Virus record (IMG/VR): IMGVR_UViG_3300046557_000512
Location: 16,302 to 80,301 of that record
Source: a virus
Reading direction: 5' to 3' (one strand)
DNA: 64,000 bases
Shown: positions 47,971-57,342 of the stretch, in pieces
How positions within the stretch are numbered: position 1 is the first letter of the stretch
Layout of the letters: each line of letters begins with the position of its first letter
Made by a program: the position numbers and the translations under genes
Notes under the pieces: model-generated
Databases searched by the model: none
Told to the model about the DNA's origin: nothing
The model's input: the letters and a program-made list of their open reading frames with translations, nothing else

Positions 47971-48267
47971 ATGACACACACTCACCTAGCCGCGGCTGAC
48001 ATGATCGAGGTTGAATACCCGCCGGTGATCGACACCGACGTGGTCTATGACGAGGGCGCCGAGCAGAGCAAGTTTCTGGTGGGCGCGCTTGCCAATGTGG
48101 ACGCTGAGCTACTGACTAGCGGGTATAGCCAGATTCGGCTCGCCCAGGCCCACGCGAGCCGCGCGCTAGATCTGCTGCGCGACTGCGGCGACGATGTGAG
48201 TGCCCAATATCTGATGCTCATGAACTCGCGCCTTTGGCTCGACCAGGCGAAGGGTGCCCGCGCATGA
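47971..48267 (+). CDS. Hypothetical protein
   Basis: First gene after promoter TTGCGC-N17-TATGTG. Confidence 0.55.
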   Translation: MTHTHLAAADMIEVEYPPVIDTDVVYDEGAEQSKFLVGALANVDAELLTSGYSQIRLAQAHASRALDLLRDCGDDVSAQYLMLMNSRLWLDQAKGARA

Positions 48268-48707
48268 AGCGTCTCAAGGCATGGGCTGTGCGCGCGCGCG
48301 CCAACCAGGAAAGGCGCTTGACGGCCGCCATGCTCCGCCACAACGCGCCGCTGCGCAACAGCTACCTGACGACCATCCAGGAGCGCAATGCCGCGATCGC
48401 CGAATTGGCCACCTTGCGTCAGCGATTGGCGTCGACCGAGGCTGCGTTCGATCTCATGAACCGGTCTTTCGAGAGCCTGCACGCGAGCGCCCAGCAGCTC
48501 ATCGCTCTGCGCGATGAAACCATGCGGCTTTTGCGCTTCTTCGACAGTGAGAACACCCGCGCGCCGGGTGTGATCCAGATCGTGGTGCCAGATAGCGAAG
48601 TGCGCTCTCGAATGCAGCTGCGTTGGATGGCCTTTGTCCGCGCTGCAAACGGCTTGCCGCCCTTCGACGGCGCCGAGCAACTCAGCCCCTCAAGAAGGAC
48701 TCATTGA
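48264..48707 (+). CDS. Hypothetical coiled-coil protein
   Basis: ATGA/TGATG coupling on both sides. Confidence 0.6.
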   Translation: MKRLKAWAVRARANQERRLTAAMLRHNAPLRNSYLTTIQERNAAIAELATLRQRLASTEAAFDLMNRSFESLHASAQQLIALRDETMRLLRFFDSENTRAPGVIQIVVPDSEVRSRMQLRWMAFVRAANGLPPFDGAEQLSPSRRTH

Positions 48708-49381
48708 TGATTATCACCGTCGACGGCTTGCCGGCGTCCGGCAAGGGCACCCTCGCCCGGCGCCTTGGCGAGATTTACAATCTCCCGGTGCTCGACACCG
48801 GCGCCCTTTGGCGCGTGCTCGCGTTCCAGCTCTCGCAGCTCCAATTCACGGTCGACGTGAATCAGGATCGCCTCGAGGCGGCATGCCACCGCGTGCTCGA
48901 TCAGGGACTGGATTATGATCTGATCGATCAATCTTCGATCCGAACCGAGCATATTGGCCAATTCGCGAGCGTCATTTCCGGCTTCCAAAAGGTGCGCGAT
49001 CGCGTTGACCTGGCGCAGAAGCGCTGGCTGGTCGACAACGGTCAACGCGGCATCCTCGACGGTCGCGAGACGGGTGTGTCGATCGCCCCCCATGCAGACC
49101 ACAAGTTCTTCCTGATGGCCACCGTCGTATTGCGCGCGATCCGCCGCGCCAACCAGCTCGGCGTCTCTGACGACAGCGAGGTCGGCAAGATCATGGAGTC
49201 GATCCAACAGCGCGACGCTCGCGAGATCACCCGTCGCGTCTGCCCAGTCCGGCCGGCGCATGGCGCGCTGGTCATCGATACCACCTCTCGCGGCATTCAA
49301 GCCGTCGTCGACTTGGCCACCGGCTCGATCGACGATCGCATGCGGTGGGAGACATATTCTCTCGAGGTAGCAACGCTATGA
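48707..49381 (+). CDS. cmk: Cytidylate kinase-like protein
   Basis: IITVDGLPASGKGTLA, LDTGALWR, LDGRETG, KFFL.A, IDTT. Confidence 0.85.
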   Translation: MIITVDGLPASGKGTLARRLGEIYNLPVLDTGALWRVLAFQLSQLQFTVDVNQDRLEAACHRVLDQGLDYDLIDQSSIRTEHIGQFASVISGFQKVRDRVDLAQKRWLVDNGQRGILDGRETGVSIAPHADHKFFLMATVVLRAIRRANQLGVSDDSEVGKIMESIQQRDAREITRRVCPVRPAHGALVIDTTSRGIQAVVDLATGSIDDRMRWETYSLEVATL

Positions 49382-49800
49382 ATTTCGCAGCACTCATCGC
49401 TTCGCCCTTCATCAAGTTCGGCGGTGTCGCCTTGCTTGTCGCGGGCGTCATCTTCGGCACTCACATGTGGCTAGATCACCGCGACAGCGTGGCCTTTCAG
49501 CGCGGCGTCGACAGCAAGACCGCGGAGGTCGCCCAGGCTGTCACGCGTGCGAACGACAACGCGCGTCTTCTCGAACAAGCGATGGGATCGATGTCCAACG
49601 CAATCGGCGGCCGAGCGAATGCGCAGCAGGCCGCGCTCACCGTCAAACTCGAACCGCTCGTGAAGGAGCTGACCAATGCGATCAATTCTGACCCTAACGC
49701 TCGCTGCGCTTTGTCTGACGGCGTGCGCGGCGCGATCAAAGATCAGCGTGCCACCGTCAACGCCGGCATCGCTGCCAGCGATCCCGGCCAACCTCGATAA
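49378..49800 (+). CDS. Inner-membrane spanin (Rz-like)
   Basis: N-terminal TM, periplasmic coiled coil, Cys, overlapped by a lipoprotein gene. Confidence 0.7.
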   Translation: MNFAALIASPFIKFGGVALLVAGVIFGTHMWLDHRDSVAFQRGVDSKTAEVAQAVTRANDNARLLEQAMGSMSNAIGGRANAQQAALTVKLEPLVKELTNAINSDPNARCALSDGVRGAIKDQRATVNAGIAASDPGQPR

Positions 49801-49981
49801 GTCGGCGAAGGTCATCCCCGACACGGACCCGCAGACCTACGGTGAAGTGACGCAGGATCACAGCGCGCTGATGAGCGCGTATGGCTCGCTGGCGATCGAC
49901 TACAACAACCTGCTCCTCTGGGGTCGGTGCGTGGTCGCAAAGGCCAACGGCGGCGCGATGCCGGCGAACTGTCCGAAATGA
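49676..49981 (+). CDS. Outer-membrane spanin lipoprotein (Rz1-like)
   Basis: Lipobox LTAC, Pro-rich, overlaps the Rz-like gene in another frame. Confidence 0.72.
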   Translation: MRSILTLTLAALCLTACAARSKISVPPSTPASLPAIPANLDKSAKVIPDTDPQTYGEVTQDHSALMSAYGSLAIDYNNLLLWGRCVVAKANGGAMPANCPK

Positions 49982-50163
49982 CGATCCAGATCCCCACCTG
50001 GTTCGCGGTGATCGTGACGATCATGGCGGCGATCCCGACGCTGGTGGGCGCGGGACTAACCTTCTTCGGCCTCGAGCTCTTATGGTGTCGGTATCGCAAG
50101 CGCTTTACCTACTGGCGCAGAAAAATCGACTGGTGGGGCAGTTTTCGCGAAGAAATAGCTTAA
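49978..50163 (+). CDS. Small membrane protein
   Basis: MTIQIPTW..., hydrophobic, ATGA coupling. Confidence 0.5.
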   Translation: MTIQIPTWFAVIVTIMAAIPTLVGAGLTFFGLELLWCRYRKRFTYWRRKIDWWGSFREEIA

Positions 50164-50204
50164 ATAAGTCTTGACGTGTGTGTGTTGTTTGCTATGCACG
50201 TCTT

Positions 50205-51341
50205 ATGAACGATCAAACGAACATCGTGACCGGCCCGACGCTCTTTAAGCGTGACACGAGCGGACGGGTCAGGGTCTGGCGTGCGGAGCGCCAGGATCAT
50301 TGCCACCGGGTCGTTTCGGGGCTCCAGGACGGCAAGCTCGTGGAGAGCGGCTGGACTGTTTGCGAAGCGACCAACGTAGGTCGCTCGAACGAGCGCGACC
50401 CGGTGGCGCAGTGCGATTTTGAGGTTCGAGCACTCTACGAGTTCAACGTCTCGCGCGATTATCACGCGTCGGTCGACACGATCGACGAACCCAAGTTCTT
50501 CGAGCCCATGCTCGCGAAGAAATACGAAGGATTCGAGCCCGGTTTCGCTCAGCCGAAGCTCGACGGGGTCCGCTGCATTGCCAGGGCGACCGGCCTCTTT
50601 ACCCGACAGGGCAAGCCGATTTCGAGCTGCCCACACATCGTCGAGGCATTGGCGCCCCTATTCGCAGCAGACCCCGATCTCATTCTCGATGGCGAGCTCT
50701 ACAACCACGCGCTGAAGGACGACTTCAACGAGATCATCAGCCTCGTGCGAAAGGCGAAGCCCAAGGCCGACGATCTCCAGGCGACCGCGGCGAAGGTTCA
50801 ATACCACGTCTACGATATGCCGTCGCACCCCAGCGACTTCCATAATCGCTTCAAAAGCCTCGTCGTCAGCATGGCGGCGAGCAGCGCCGGAACGGCGTTC
50901 GCTGAGGGCAATGTTCTGGTCATGGGGCCGGTGCGCACGGTGCTCACGAAGCGCGTCGAGACCGCAGATGATTTCGATGCGCTGCATGGTGAATGGCTCA
51001 CATGCGGTTTCGAAGGGTCAATGTGGCGCGCTGACGCGCCCTACGAGCAGAAGCGCTCCAAGCACCTGCTGAAGCGCAAGGAGTTCCAGGACGCCGAGTA
51101 CGAGTGCGTTCGGATCGAGGAAGGTCTGGGCAACTGGGCCGGCCTAGCAAAGCGGGTGGTCTGTCGACTGCCCGACGGCCGCGAGTTTGGCGCCGGCATC
51201 AAGGGCAACATGGCGCGAGCCAAAGAGCTCCTGAGCGAGACGCACAACGTCGTGACCGTCCAATTCTTCCAACTGACGCCCGACGGGATCCCGCGCTTCC
51301 CCGTCGTGACGAAATTCTGGGGCGCGGAAAGGACCTTATGA
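50205..51341 (+). CDS. ATP-dependent DNA ligase with N-terminal WGR-like domain
   Basis: PMLA, QPKLDGVR, LDGELY, YHVYD, EGSM, LLKRK, PRFP. Confidence 0.92.
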   Translation: MNDQTNIVTGPTLFKRDTSGRVRVWRAERQDHCHRVVSGLQDGKLVESGWTVCEATNVGRSNERDPVAQCDFEVRALYEFNVSRDYHASVDTIDEPKFFEPMLAKKYEGFEPGFAQPKLDGVRCIARATGLFTRQGKPISSCPHIVEALAPLFAADPDLILDGELYNHALKDDFNEIISLVRKAKPKADDLQATAAKVQYHVYDMPSHPSDFHNRFKSLVVSMAASSAGTAFAEGNVLVMGPVRTVLTKRVETADDFDALHGEWLTCGFEGSMWRADAPYEQKRSKHLLKRKEFQDAEYECVRIEEGLGNWAGLAKRVVCRLPDGREFGAGIKGNMARAKELLSETHNVVTVQFFQLTPDGIPRFPVVTKFWGAERTL

Positions 51342-51757
51342 TGACCCGATACATTATCGATGGCCTGGCCAACACGGCCCGGCGCGTCCACCGCGCGATC
51401 CAAGGTCGCGCCCTCGTGCTGCTGTCCGATCACTACATGACGTTGTCGGCCCACTACCTGGCCGCCACTCACGAGATCGACACCCTGGCTGCTCGCCAAC
51501 AGGCCACCGGCGAGCTCCTGAAGCTTCGCGGCGGGACGCTGCGCACGGCCTTCAAGGAGATCGAGATCCTGCGTTCAAAGCTGCAGGAAATCGTCGACGT
51601 CACCGGTGCCGTCGGTGTGCCGAACGGCACGACCCGCAAGGTGGCTCGGATCGCCAAGGCTGCGCTTCAGCCGATCGTGGTTTTCGATGACCAGGCATCC
51701 GCCACCATCTCGAGCATCATCGGCCAGCCGGCGACCGCGGCGAAGTGCGAATCGTGA
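51338..51757 (+). CDS. Hypothetical protein
   Basis: ATGA-coupled to the ligase. Confidence 0.55.
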   Translation: MMTRYIIDGLANTARRVHRAIQGRALVLLSDHYMTLSAHYLAATHEIDTLAARQQATGELLKLRGGTLRTAFKEIEILRSKLQEIVDVTGAVGVPNGTTRKVARIAKAALQPIVVFDDQASATISSIIGQPATAAKCES

Positions 51758-52017
51758 AGAAGGCCGCTCTCGTAACGCTTGCGATCGTCGCATTGTTCGT
51801 CGCAGGCTGCTCGGATCCGGTCACCGCCAAGCGCGTGGTCGAGGACGCCGGCTACAAGAACGTCCAGATCACTGGCCACCGCTGGTTCGGCTGCGGCGAG
51901 CACGACACCTACAGCACTGGCTGGACCGGGACAGGCGCCACCGGCGGTGAAGTCTCCGGCGTCGTCTGCAGCCATTCGACGATCTTCGGCAAGGCGAACA
52001 CCATCCGCGTCGACTGA
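51745..52017 (+). CDS. Small lipoprotein
   Basis: Signal peptide with lipobox VAGC, then WFGC...VSGVVC. Confidence 0.7.
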   Translation: MRIVKKAALVTLAIVALFVAGCSDPVTAKRVVEDAGYKNVQITGHRWFGCGEHDTYSTGWTGTGATGGEVSGVVCSHSTIFGKANTIRVD

Positions 52018-52080
52018 CCCGTCGAGGGTTGCGTCGAGCAGTGACCCTCGGATCTCCAATCCCGCTCGAACGAAAGGAAC

Positions 52081-52398
52081 ATGCCGCCAATGACTGGCAT
52101 CCCCAAAGCCCCGACGATTAGCCAGGTTGGCCACATCGTCCTCGAAAAGATCGCGGCCGTTGCCGCGTTCATTCTTCCGACCCCCAGCATCGAACGCGCT
52201 GTGCGCGGTCTCAACGCTGCGGTCTACGAACTGCATCGCGCCGAGAAGGCGAGCTCGGCCCGATCGAGCCGCGCGTTCGCCAAGGGCGCCCGCCTCGAGC
52301 AGCGCATGAAGGCGGCCAACGAAGCCGGCGGAAAGCATATCGCCGACGTCACTCGTGCGGCTCGCGTTCGTCGCAAGCTCACCGACCTGACCGCGTAA
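52081..52398 (+). CDS. Hypothetical helical protein
   Basis: ORF with SD AAAGGA. Confidence 0.55.
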   Translation: MPPMTGIPKAPTISQVGHIVLEKIAAVAAFILPTPSIERAVRGLNAAVYELHRAEKASSARSSRAFAKGARLEQRMKAANEAGGKHIADVTRAARVRRKLTDLTA

Positions 52399-52403
52399 AA
52401 GCG

Positions 52404-52724
52404 ATGTCCGTGGCCAGTCGCGTCCTCGATGGAGATGCCTTCTTCAGGTTGGGCATCAAGGGGCGGCGCGACTGGCTGCGCGACCTAAAACCCGACGACG
52501 TGATCGCGGTCACGTCGAAGGACAATCAGATTTCGATGGATGATCAGCTGGGCTGCCAGTTCAAGTCCAATAAGATCATCATCCGCGCACCGGGCGCCCC
52601 AATGCCTGTGATGGCGCCGCCGATTGCGCCTCTCTCTTTCGCCCCAATTTTTAGCGCGCCGCTCGATCTCGATGATCTCGTAGCGGCCACGCACCCTCTC
52701 AAGGAACTTGAAGCAACATGGTGA
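52404..52724 (+). CDS. Hypothetical protein
   Basis: Fills the operon between neighbours. Confidence 0.5.
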   Translation: MSVASRVLDGDAFFRLGIKGRRDWLRDLKPDDVIAVTSKDNQISMDDQLGCQFKSNKIIIRAPGAPMPVMAPPIAPLSFAPIFSAPLDLDDLVAATHPLKELEATW

Positions 52725-52906
52725 GCACCGAGGCCGTGCAAATCGCGGCCGCGCTTGAGCCCAGCGATGGCTGGTTCAAGCCCGACACAGAAGATCAGAT
52801 CGCCGAGGCGGCCGACACCATGCTTCGTGCCGAAATGCACGCCCACCTCGTCGAGGAGACGCTGCAAGGCGTCATATCCGCGGTGCGCCAGGAGTACGGC
52901 GATTGA
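52718..52906 (+). CDS. Small acidic hypothetical protein
   Basis: Overlapping operon arrangement. Confidence 0.5.
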   Translation: MVSTEAVQIAAALEPSDGWFKPDTEDQIAEAADTMLRAEMHAHLVEETLQGVISAVRQEYGD

Positions 52907-53349
52907 TGCGCTACGTAGTCGGTCTCGCCTTCTCGGAGGATCGCAATCACCTCGTGATGATCGAGAAGCAGCGGCCGACCTGGCAGGCTGGCTTGCTCAA
53001 CGGCGTCGGCGGCAAGATCGAGCTGGGCGAGCTGCCTCTCGCGGCGATGGTGCGCGAGTTCCGCGAGGAGACCGGCGTGCATATCGCAGCTGATCGCTGG
53101 CAAGCGCTCGCAGAGCTCAGGGGAAGCGATTTCGAACTGTTCTTCTACACGGTCGCGACAGACGACGTGCATGACGTGCAGTCGATCACAGACGAGCGTG
53201 TGGTGAAGGTCGACCCCTGGTTGATACACGCGATGGAGACCGTGTCGAACATCCCGGTGATGGTCGCGCTCGCGCTCGACGACAGCGGCATCGCGAAGCC
53301 CCTCATTATGATCGACGAAAAACCCGAAGCGAAGAAGGCAGCAGCATGA
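52903..53349 (+). CDS. Nudix hydrolase
   Basis: GGKIELGELPLAAMVREFREETG Nudix box. Confidence 0.9.
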   Translation: MMRYVVGLAFSEDRNHLVMIEKQRPTWQAGLLNGVGGKIELGELPLAAMVREFREETGVHIAADRWQALAELRGSDFELFFYTVATDDVHDVQSITDERVVKVDPWLIHAMETVSNIPVMVALALDDSGIAKPLIMIDEKPEAKKAAA

Positions 53350-53801
53350 TCGAACAACGCGAGCTCAAGTGGCATCGTCGCTTCCTAGCGATGGCCGACA
53401 TGGTTGCGAGCTGGTCGAAGGACCCCTCGACAAAGGTAGGCGCCGTCATAGCTCGCGGTGACCGCTCGATCGCCAGCGTCGGTTATAACGGCTTCCCGCG
53501 CGGAATGTCGGATGACGCCGCCCTGTATGCTGACCGTGAGACCAAATATTCGCGGATCATTCATGCCGAGGTGAACGCCCTTTTGAATGCGCGCGAGCAG
53601 TTGACCGGCTGCACCATCTACGTTCCGACCGCTCCTTGCGACCGCTGCGCGGCGCAAATCGTCCAGGCCGGCATCGCGCGCGTCGTCTATATCGAGCCGT
53701 CGGCAGACATCCTCAGCCGCTGGGGCGAATCGATGGAGCGCACGAAAGCGATATTCGCAGACGCCGGCGTGGAAGTGCTTGTGCTTCCAGCTGTTGCATA
53801 G
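53346..53801 (+). CDS. dCMP deaminase
   Basis: SKDPSTKVGA, GYNGFP, HAE, PCDRC. Confidence 0.92.
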   Translation: MIEQRELKWHRRFLAMADMVASWSKDPSTKVGAVIARGDRSIASVGYNGFPRGMSDDAALYADRETKYSRIIHAEVNALLNAREQLTGCTIYVPTAPCDRCAAQIVQAGIARVVYIEPSADILSRWGESMERTKAIFADAGVEVLVLPAVA

Positions 53802-53830
53802 TAGACGACACACACACACGAAAGAGAGAC

Positions 53831-54295
53831 ATGCGTTACTTCATTCATACAGCACCTGACGCGCTCGCGATCGTCGGCGAGGACGGAAGCAAGCTCGAAC
53901 TCACCCCGAGCAAGTTCCTCCAGGCGAGCTCGGTCAACTCTGCGGTCGCCGGCTATCTCAACCGCGACGGCCAGCCGTGCTTGTTCGCGCGCGACCCGAA
54001 GCACGTCGCCGACCTGATGGGCTGGCTTGTCGGGCAATGTATCGACCAGCTGCAGATCGTTCTGCTCGACATGAGCGACGCGCCGATCAAGTGCACCGCG
54101 CCCGGCAACGTGCTGGCGGAAGCCTATGCGTTTGGAGACTTCGTCGTCGACGAAGAGACCACCATTAGTTGCGGGCTCGCCGAGATCCAAGACATCTGCA
54201 CCATCCCGCCCGAGGGTTGGCGCTGCACGCGCGCCGGCGGCCACGAAGGCCCCTGCGCAGCAATCCCGACCGGCGACGGCGTGGTGGGCGACTGA
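53831..54295 (+). CDS. Hypothetical protein with C-terminal Cys/His motif
   Basis: C...PPEGWRCTRAGGHEGPC. Start MRYFIH. Confidence 0.55.
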   Translation: MRYFIHTAPDALAIVGEDGSKLELTPSKFLQASSVNSAVAGYLNRDGQPCLFARDPKHVADLMGWLVGQCIDQLQIVLLDMSDAPIKCTAPGNVLAEAYAFGDFVVDEETTISCGLAEIQDICTIPPEGWRCTRAGGHEGPCAAIPTGDGVVGD

Positions 54296-54618
54296 TGCGC
54301 CTGGTCATCCTCGAGAGCCCCTTTGCCGGCGACGTCGAAGCGAACGTCAGTTATGCCCGCGCCGCGGTGCGCGACAGCCTCACGCGCGGCGAGGCGCCGA
54401 TTGCGAGCCACCTGCTCTACACCCAGCCCGGCATCCTGGACGACGACGTCCCGGTCGAGCGCCAGTGGGGCATTGAAGCGGGGCTCGCGTGGCGTGAGGT
54501 CGCGCACGGCTCCGTGGTCTATGCAGACCGCGGAATCTCGAAGGGCATGCAATACGGCATCGACGCTGCGACCGCCGCCGGCCGGTCAGTAGAGATCAGG
54601 TATCTCGGCCACCAGTGA
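54295..54618 (+). CDS. Conserved phage protein, nucleoside deoxyribosyltransferase-like fold
   Basis: VILESPFAG, PIASHLLY, GISKGM.YGI. Confidence 0.6.
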   Translation: MRLVILESPFAGDVEANVSYARAAVRDSLTRGEAPIASHLLYTQPGILDDDVPVERQWGIEAGLAWREVAHGSVVYADRGISKGMQYGIDAATAAGRSVEIRYLGHQ

Positions 54619-54740
54619 TGTTGAAGCTGCGCTACAACCCCTGGAAGGGCTGGTCGTGGCTGCTCGACGACCGCGAATGGTTCGGTCCCTATCCGACGTT
54701 TGAGGCCGCGTTCGAGGACGCGCGCGTGTTCAACCAGTGA
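54618..54740 (+). CDS. 40-aa Trp-rich protein
   Basis: Hand translation MLKLRYNPWKGWSWLLDDREWFGPYPTFEAAFEDARVFNQ, coupled at both ends. Confidence 0.55.
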   Translation: MLKLRYNPWKGWSWLLDDREWFGPYPTFEAAFEDARVFNQ

Positions 54741-55099
54741 GCATCTTCGGCTCCGGCATAGACGAGACTGTTAAGGTCAGCGTCGACGACGTTCTGAGCG
54801 TGGTCGAGGCCGAGGAGCAGACGCGCGTAGAGGCTGCAGCCGAGAAGGTCCGCGAACTCCTCGAGGAGGAGGCGCACGACAAGGCGATGGAGCAGGCATA
54901 CGCCGGCCGCGATGGCGCCGAATGGGAGACATTCTCCTTCAGCGACGACATCTTCGACGATCGCGGCCCATTCGTCACACCTCAAACCACCATCGTCACC
55001 AGCACGCCGACAGGCAAGGATGACATGGTGAAATTGCGCTGGGACATGAGCTTCGCCGTTAAGCGCCCAGAGAAGATGTGGGGCATCTCGGCATGCTGA
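54737..55099 (+). CDS. Acidic hypothetical protein
   Basis: GTGA coupling. Confidence 0.55.
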   Translation: MSIFGSGIDETVKVSVDDVLSVVEAEEQTRVEAAAEKVRELLEEEAHDKAMEQAYAGRDGAEWETFSFSDDIFDDRGPFVTPQTTIVTSTPTGKDDMVKLRWDMSFAVKRPEKMWGISAC

Positions 55100-55524
55100 A
55101 GAACATCCGCCTCCTGGTCAGCGGCGGCCGCGACTTCGACGACGATCGCGAGCTCGACCGAGTGCTGAGCGCGATCCACGCCAGCCGCGGCATTGCCGTG
55201 CTCGCCGAAGGTGAGAGTCCAGGTGGCGGCGCCGACATCCTCGCGCGCGGCTGGGCAAACTTCAATCTGATCCCCGTCGAACCCTATCCGATCCTTCAGA
55301 GTGAGGTTGATCTTCTCGGCCCCTCGAGGGCGCCGATGCGTCGCAATCAGCGCATGCTCGACGAGTTCAAACCTGACCTAGCGGTGTGCTTCCCCGGTGG
55401 CAACGGCACCAAGGACATGATGCAGCGCCTGATGGGCAGCGTGCCTTTCATGTGGGCCAAGACCCACCCGATCATCTGCAATGGCGTCCCTGTGCGCCCA
55501 ATCTACGAATGGAATCTGATGTGA
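55093..55524 (+). CDS. SLOG / YspA-like nucleotide-binding protein
   Basis: LLVSGGRDF, GADILARGWA, RRNQRML, FPGGNGTKDM. Confidence 0.82.
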   Translation: MLKNIRLLVSGGRDFDDDRELDRVLSAIHASRGIAVLAEGESPGGGADILARGWANFNLIPVEPYPILQSEVDLLGPSRAPMRRNQRMLDEFKPDLAVCFPGGNGTKDMMQRLMGSVPFMWAKTHPIICNGVPVRPIYEWNLM

Positions 55525-55811
55525 GCAAAACGCACCGTCCTATGACCGCCGACGAGACGTTCGTCATGCTGGCATGTGAGCCGTCGCCGGGCTGGCGATC
55601 GTCACCCAAGGTCAACGGGACCCGCGCCGGCAAGATCATGCGTCGCCTGGCCAAGAAGGGCCTGTTCAACGAGCGCTACGAGAAGGCGAACGGCCTGTGG
55701 TGGTTCGAGATGACCGCGCTCGGCCGAGGGATCCACGCGAACCTGCGCATCTACCAAGCCGCGATGGCCAAGGTGATGCTTGAGCGCCAATCGCAGGCAG
55801 CCGCCGGATGA
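55521..55811 (+). CDS. Small winged-helix-like protein
   Basis: IMRRLAKKGL...FEMTALGR. Confidence 0.55.
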   Translation: MSKTHRPMTADETFVMLACEPSPGWRSSPKVNGTRAGKIMRRLAKKGLFNERYEKANGLWWFEMTALGRGIHANLRIYQAAMAKVMLERQSQAAAG

Positions 55812-56083
55812 CGCCGACCCGCGACTTCGAGGATTACGACTACATGTCGGGGCGCCCCTATCTCTGCATAGGGACGTGGGAGCACAACGACACGCATCGG
55901 TCGAGCACCTATCGCCACCCGCTCGGCGTCGTCGAGGTCGACGAATACATCTCCGGCAAGCCGATCCTCGCGTTCGGCTTCAATTGGCAAGGCCGCACCT
56001 ATCGCCGGCGCTGGGAGCATAGCTTCGGCGACAAGACGATCGCGCGCCTGGCTCGCGAGTTCGTAGAGGAGATCACCGCTTGA
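55808..56083 (+). CDS. Hypothetical protein
   Basis: ATGA-coupled ORF. Confidence 0.55.
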   Translation: MTPTRDFEDYDYMSGRPYLCIGTWEHNDTHRSSTYRHPLGVVEVDEYISGKPILAFGFNWQGRTYRRRWEHSFGDKTIARLAREFVEEITA

Positions 56084-56183
56084 TCGACTATATCTCGCTG
56101 CCGCTGATCGCGGCCGCCATCATCCTCCTCGCGCTGGGCACGAGCTGTCGCTGGTGCGGCGATCGCGTCGACAGGATCACCCG

Positions 56184-56834
56184 GTGAAATACGGCGCCCT
56201 CCCCAAGGATCTCGGCCTGTTCGACATGTCGTTCAGCGAGATGATGTTCTGGATGTATTGCCCGATCGCGACCCCAGATCGCGCCACGACCCTGCCGGCC
56301 AACCTCGAGCAGTTCCGTCCGCTTGTCAGGGCGGCGATCGCGGCCGAGAGCGAGATCAGCTATGGCTTCATGGAGGATTCCTACGTCTACCTGACCGCCA
56401 AGACGCTGTGGGTATCGGGCGACTATATCGGCAATCGCCCTGGCTGGCATAGCGACGGCTACCGCACCGACGACGTCAATTACATCTGGTGCGACCGCGC
56501 GCCGACCGACTTCCTCCACGCCCCAGCGGGCCTTGAGCTCGACGAGGACTGCGACACGTCGCTCCGGCAGATGAACGCCTATGGGCTGCGGCCAGGAATG
56601 TATGGGGCCGAGATCGCCACCTTCCCCGACAAGCACTTGCTGCGGCTCGACGAGTCCGTGATCCACCGATCGCCGGTGAGCTTCGAGCCAGGCATGCGCA
56701 CTTTCGTGAAGGTGTCGATCAGCCGCAGTCGCTATAACCTCATCGGCAATAGCGTGAATCACCATCTCCCAACGGTCGGCGAGATGTTCCCGCGCGGCGA
56801 GAAGCGCAACCACCCGACGAGGGATTACGAATGA
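56184..56834 (+). CDS. 2OG-Fe(II) dioxygenase-like protein
   Basis: RPGWHSDG (HxD), distal IHRS, RTFVKVS. Confidence 0.65.
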   Translation: MKYGALPKDLGLFDMSFSEMMFWMYCPIATPDRATTLPANLEQFRPLVRAAIAAESEISYGFMEDSYVYLTAKTLWVSGDYIGNRPGWHSDGYRTDDVNYIWCDRAPTDFLHAPAGLELDEDCDTSLRQMNAYGLRPGMYGAEIATFPDKHLLRLDESVIHRSPVSFEPGMRTFVKVSISRSRYNLIGNSVNHHLPTVGEMFPRGEKRNHPTRDYE

Positions 56835-57199
56835 AGATCGTCGACGAACCCACTTTCCTGGCGCTGCCCGCCGGCACGCTCTACGCCAAATATGAGCCGA
56901 TCAATTTCGGCGAGCTCGCGATAAAGGACGAGAGCACCCCCGCCAAGGATCCGGCCACCTGGTATCTTCAGGACCTCATTCCTTGGTTCGAGGGCACACA
57001 TGACAGCGGCGCCTGGTTCGATGCCTGGGATGCGATCGGCCGCGGTGAACCCTCGCCGCCCCTCGATTACGACTGCACGGTGAAGGACGGCTGCTACGAG
57101 CACGCCCAGCTGTTCGCGGTGTTCGAGAAGCCGGACGTCGAGGCGCTGATCGCCCGGCTGCAGAAAGCCCTCAGCGACGGGTATCCCGCTTCGGCTTGA
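56831..57199 (+). CDS. Hypothetical phage protein
   Basis: ATGA-coupled ORF. Confidence 0.6.
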   Translation: MKIVDEPTFLALPAGTLYAKYEPINFGELAIKDESTPAKDPATWYLQDLIPWFEGTHDSGAWFDAWDAIGRGEPSPPLDYDCTVKDGCYEHAQLFAVFEKPDVEALIARLQKALSDGYPASA

Positions 57200-57332
57200 A
57201 CAGGCGCCCCGACTTGTTCGCGAAAAAGAACGCCTCGACGTCCTGCTGCCAGGTGCGCACGATCGGAATCTCCGGCATAAGCTCAGGCGGAAGCCCGATC
57301 GGAATGCCGTAATCGTCGTCTTCAATGTCCAT
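57171..57332 (-). CDS. 53-aa protein under a LexA box, candidate antirepressor
   Basis: MDIEDDDYGIPIGLPPELMPE..., antisense to its neighbours, SOS box 10 nt upstream. Confidence 0.5.
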   Translation of the reverse strand: MDIEDDDYGIPIGLPPELMPEIPIVRTWQQDVEAFFFANKSGRLFKPKRDTRR

Positions 57333-57342
57333 GCGCACATGA

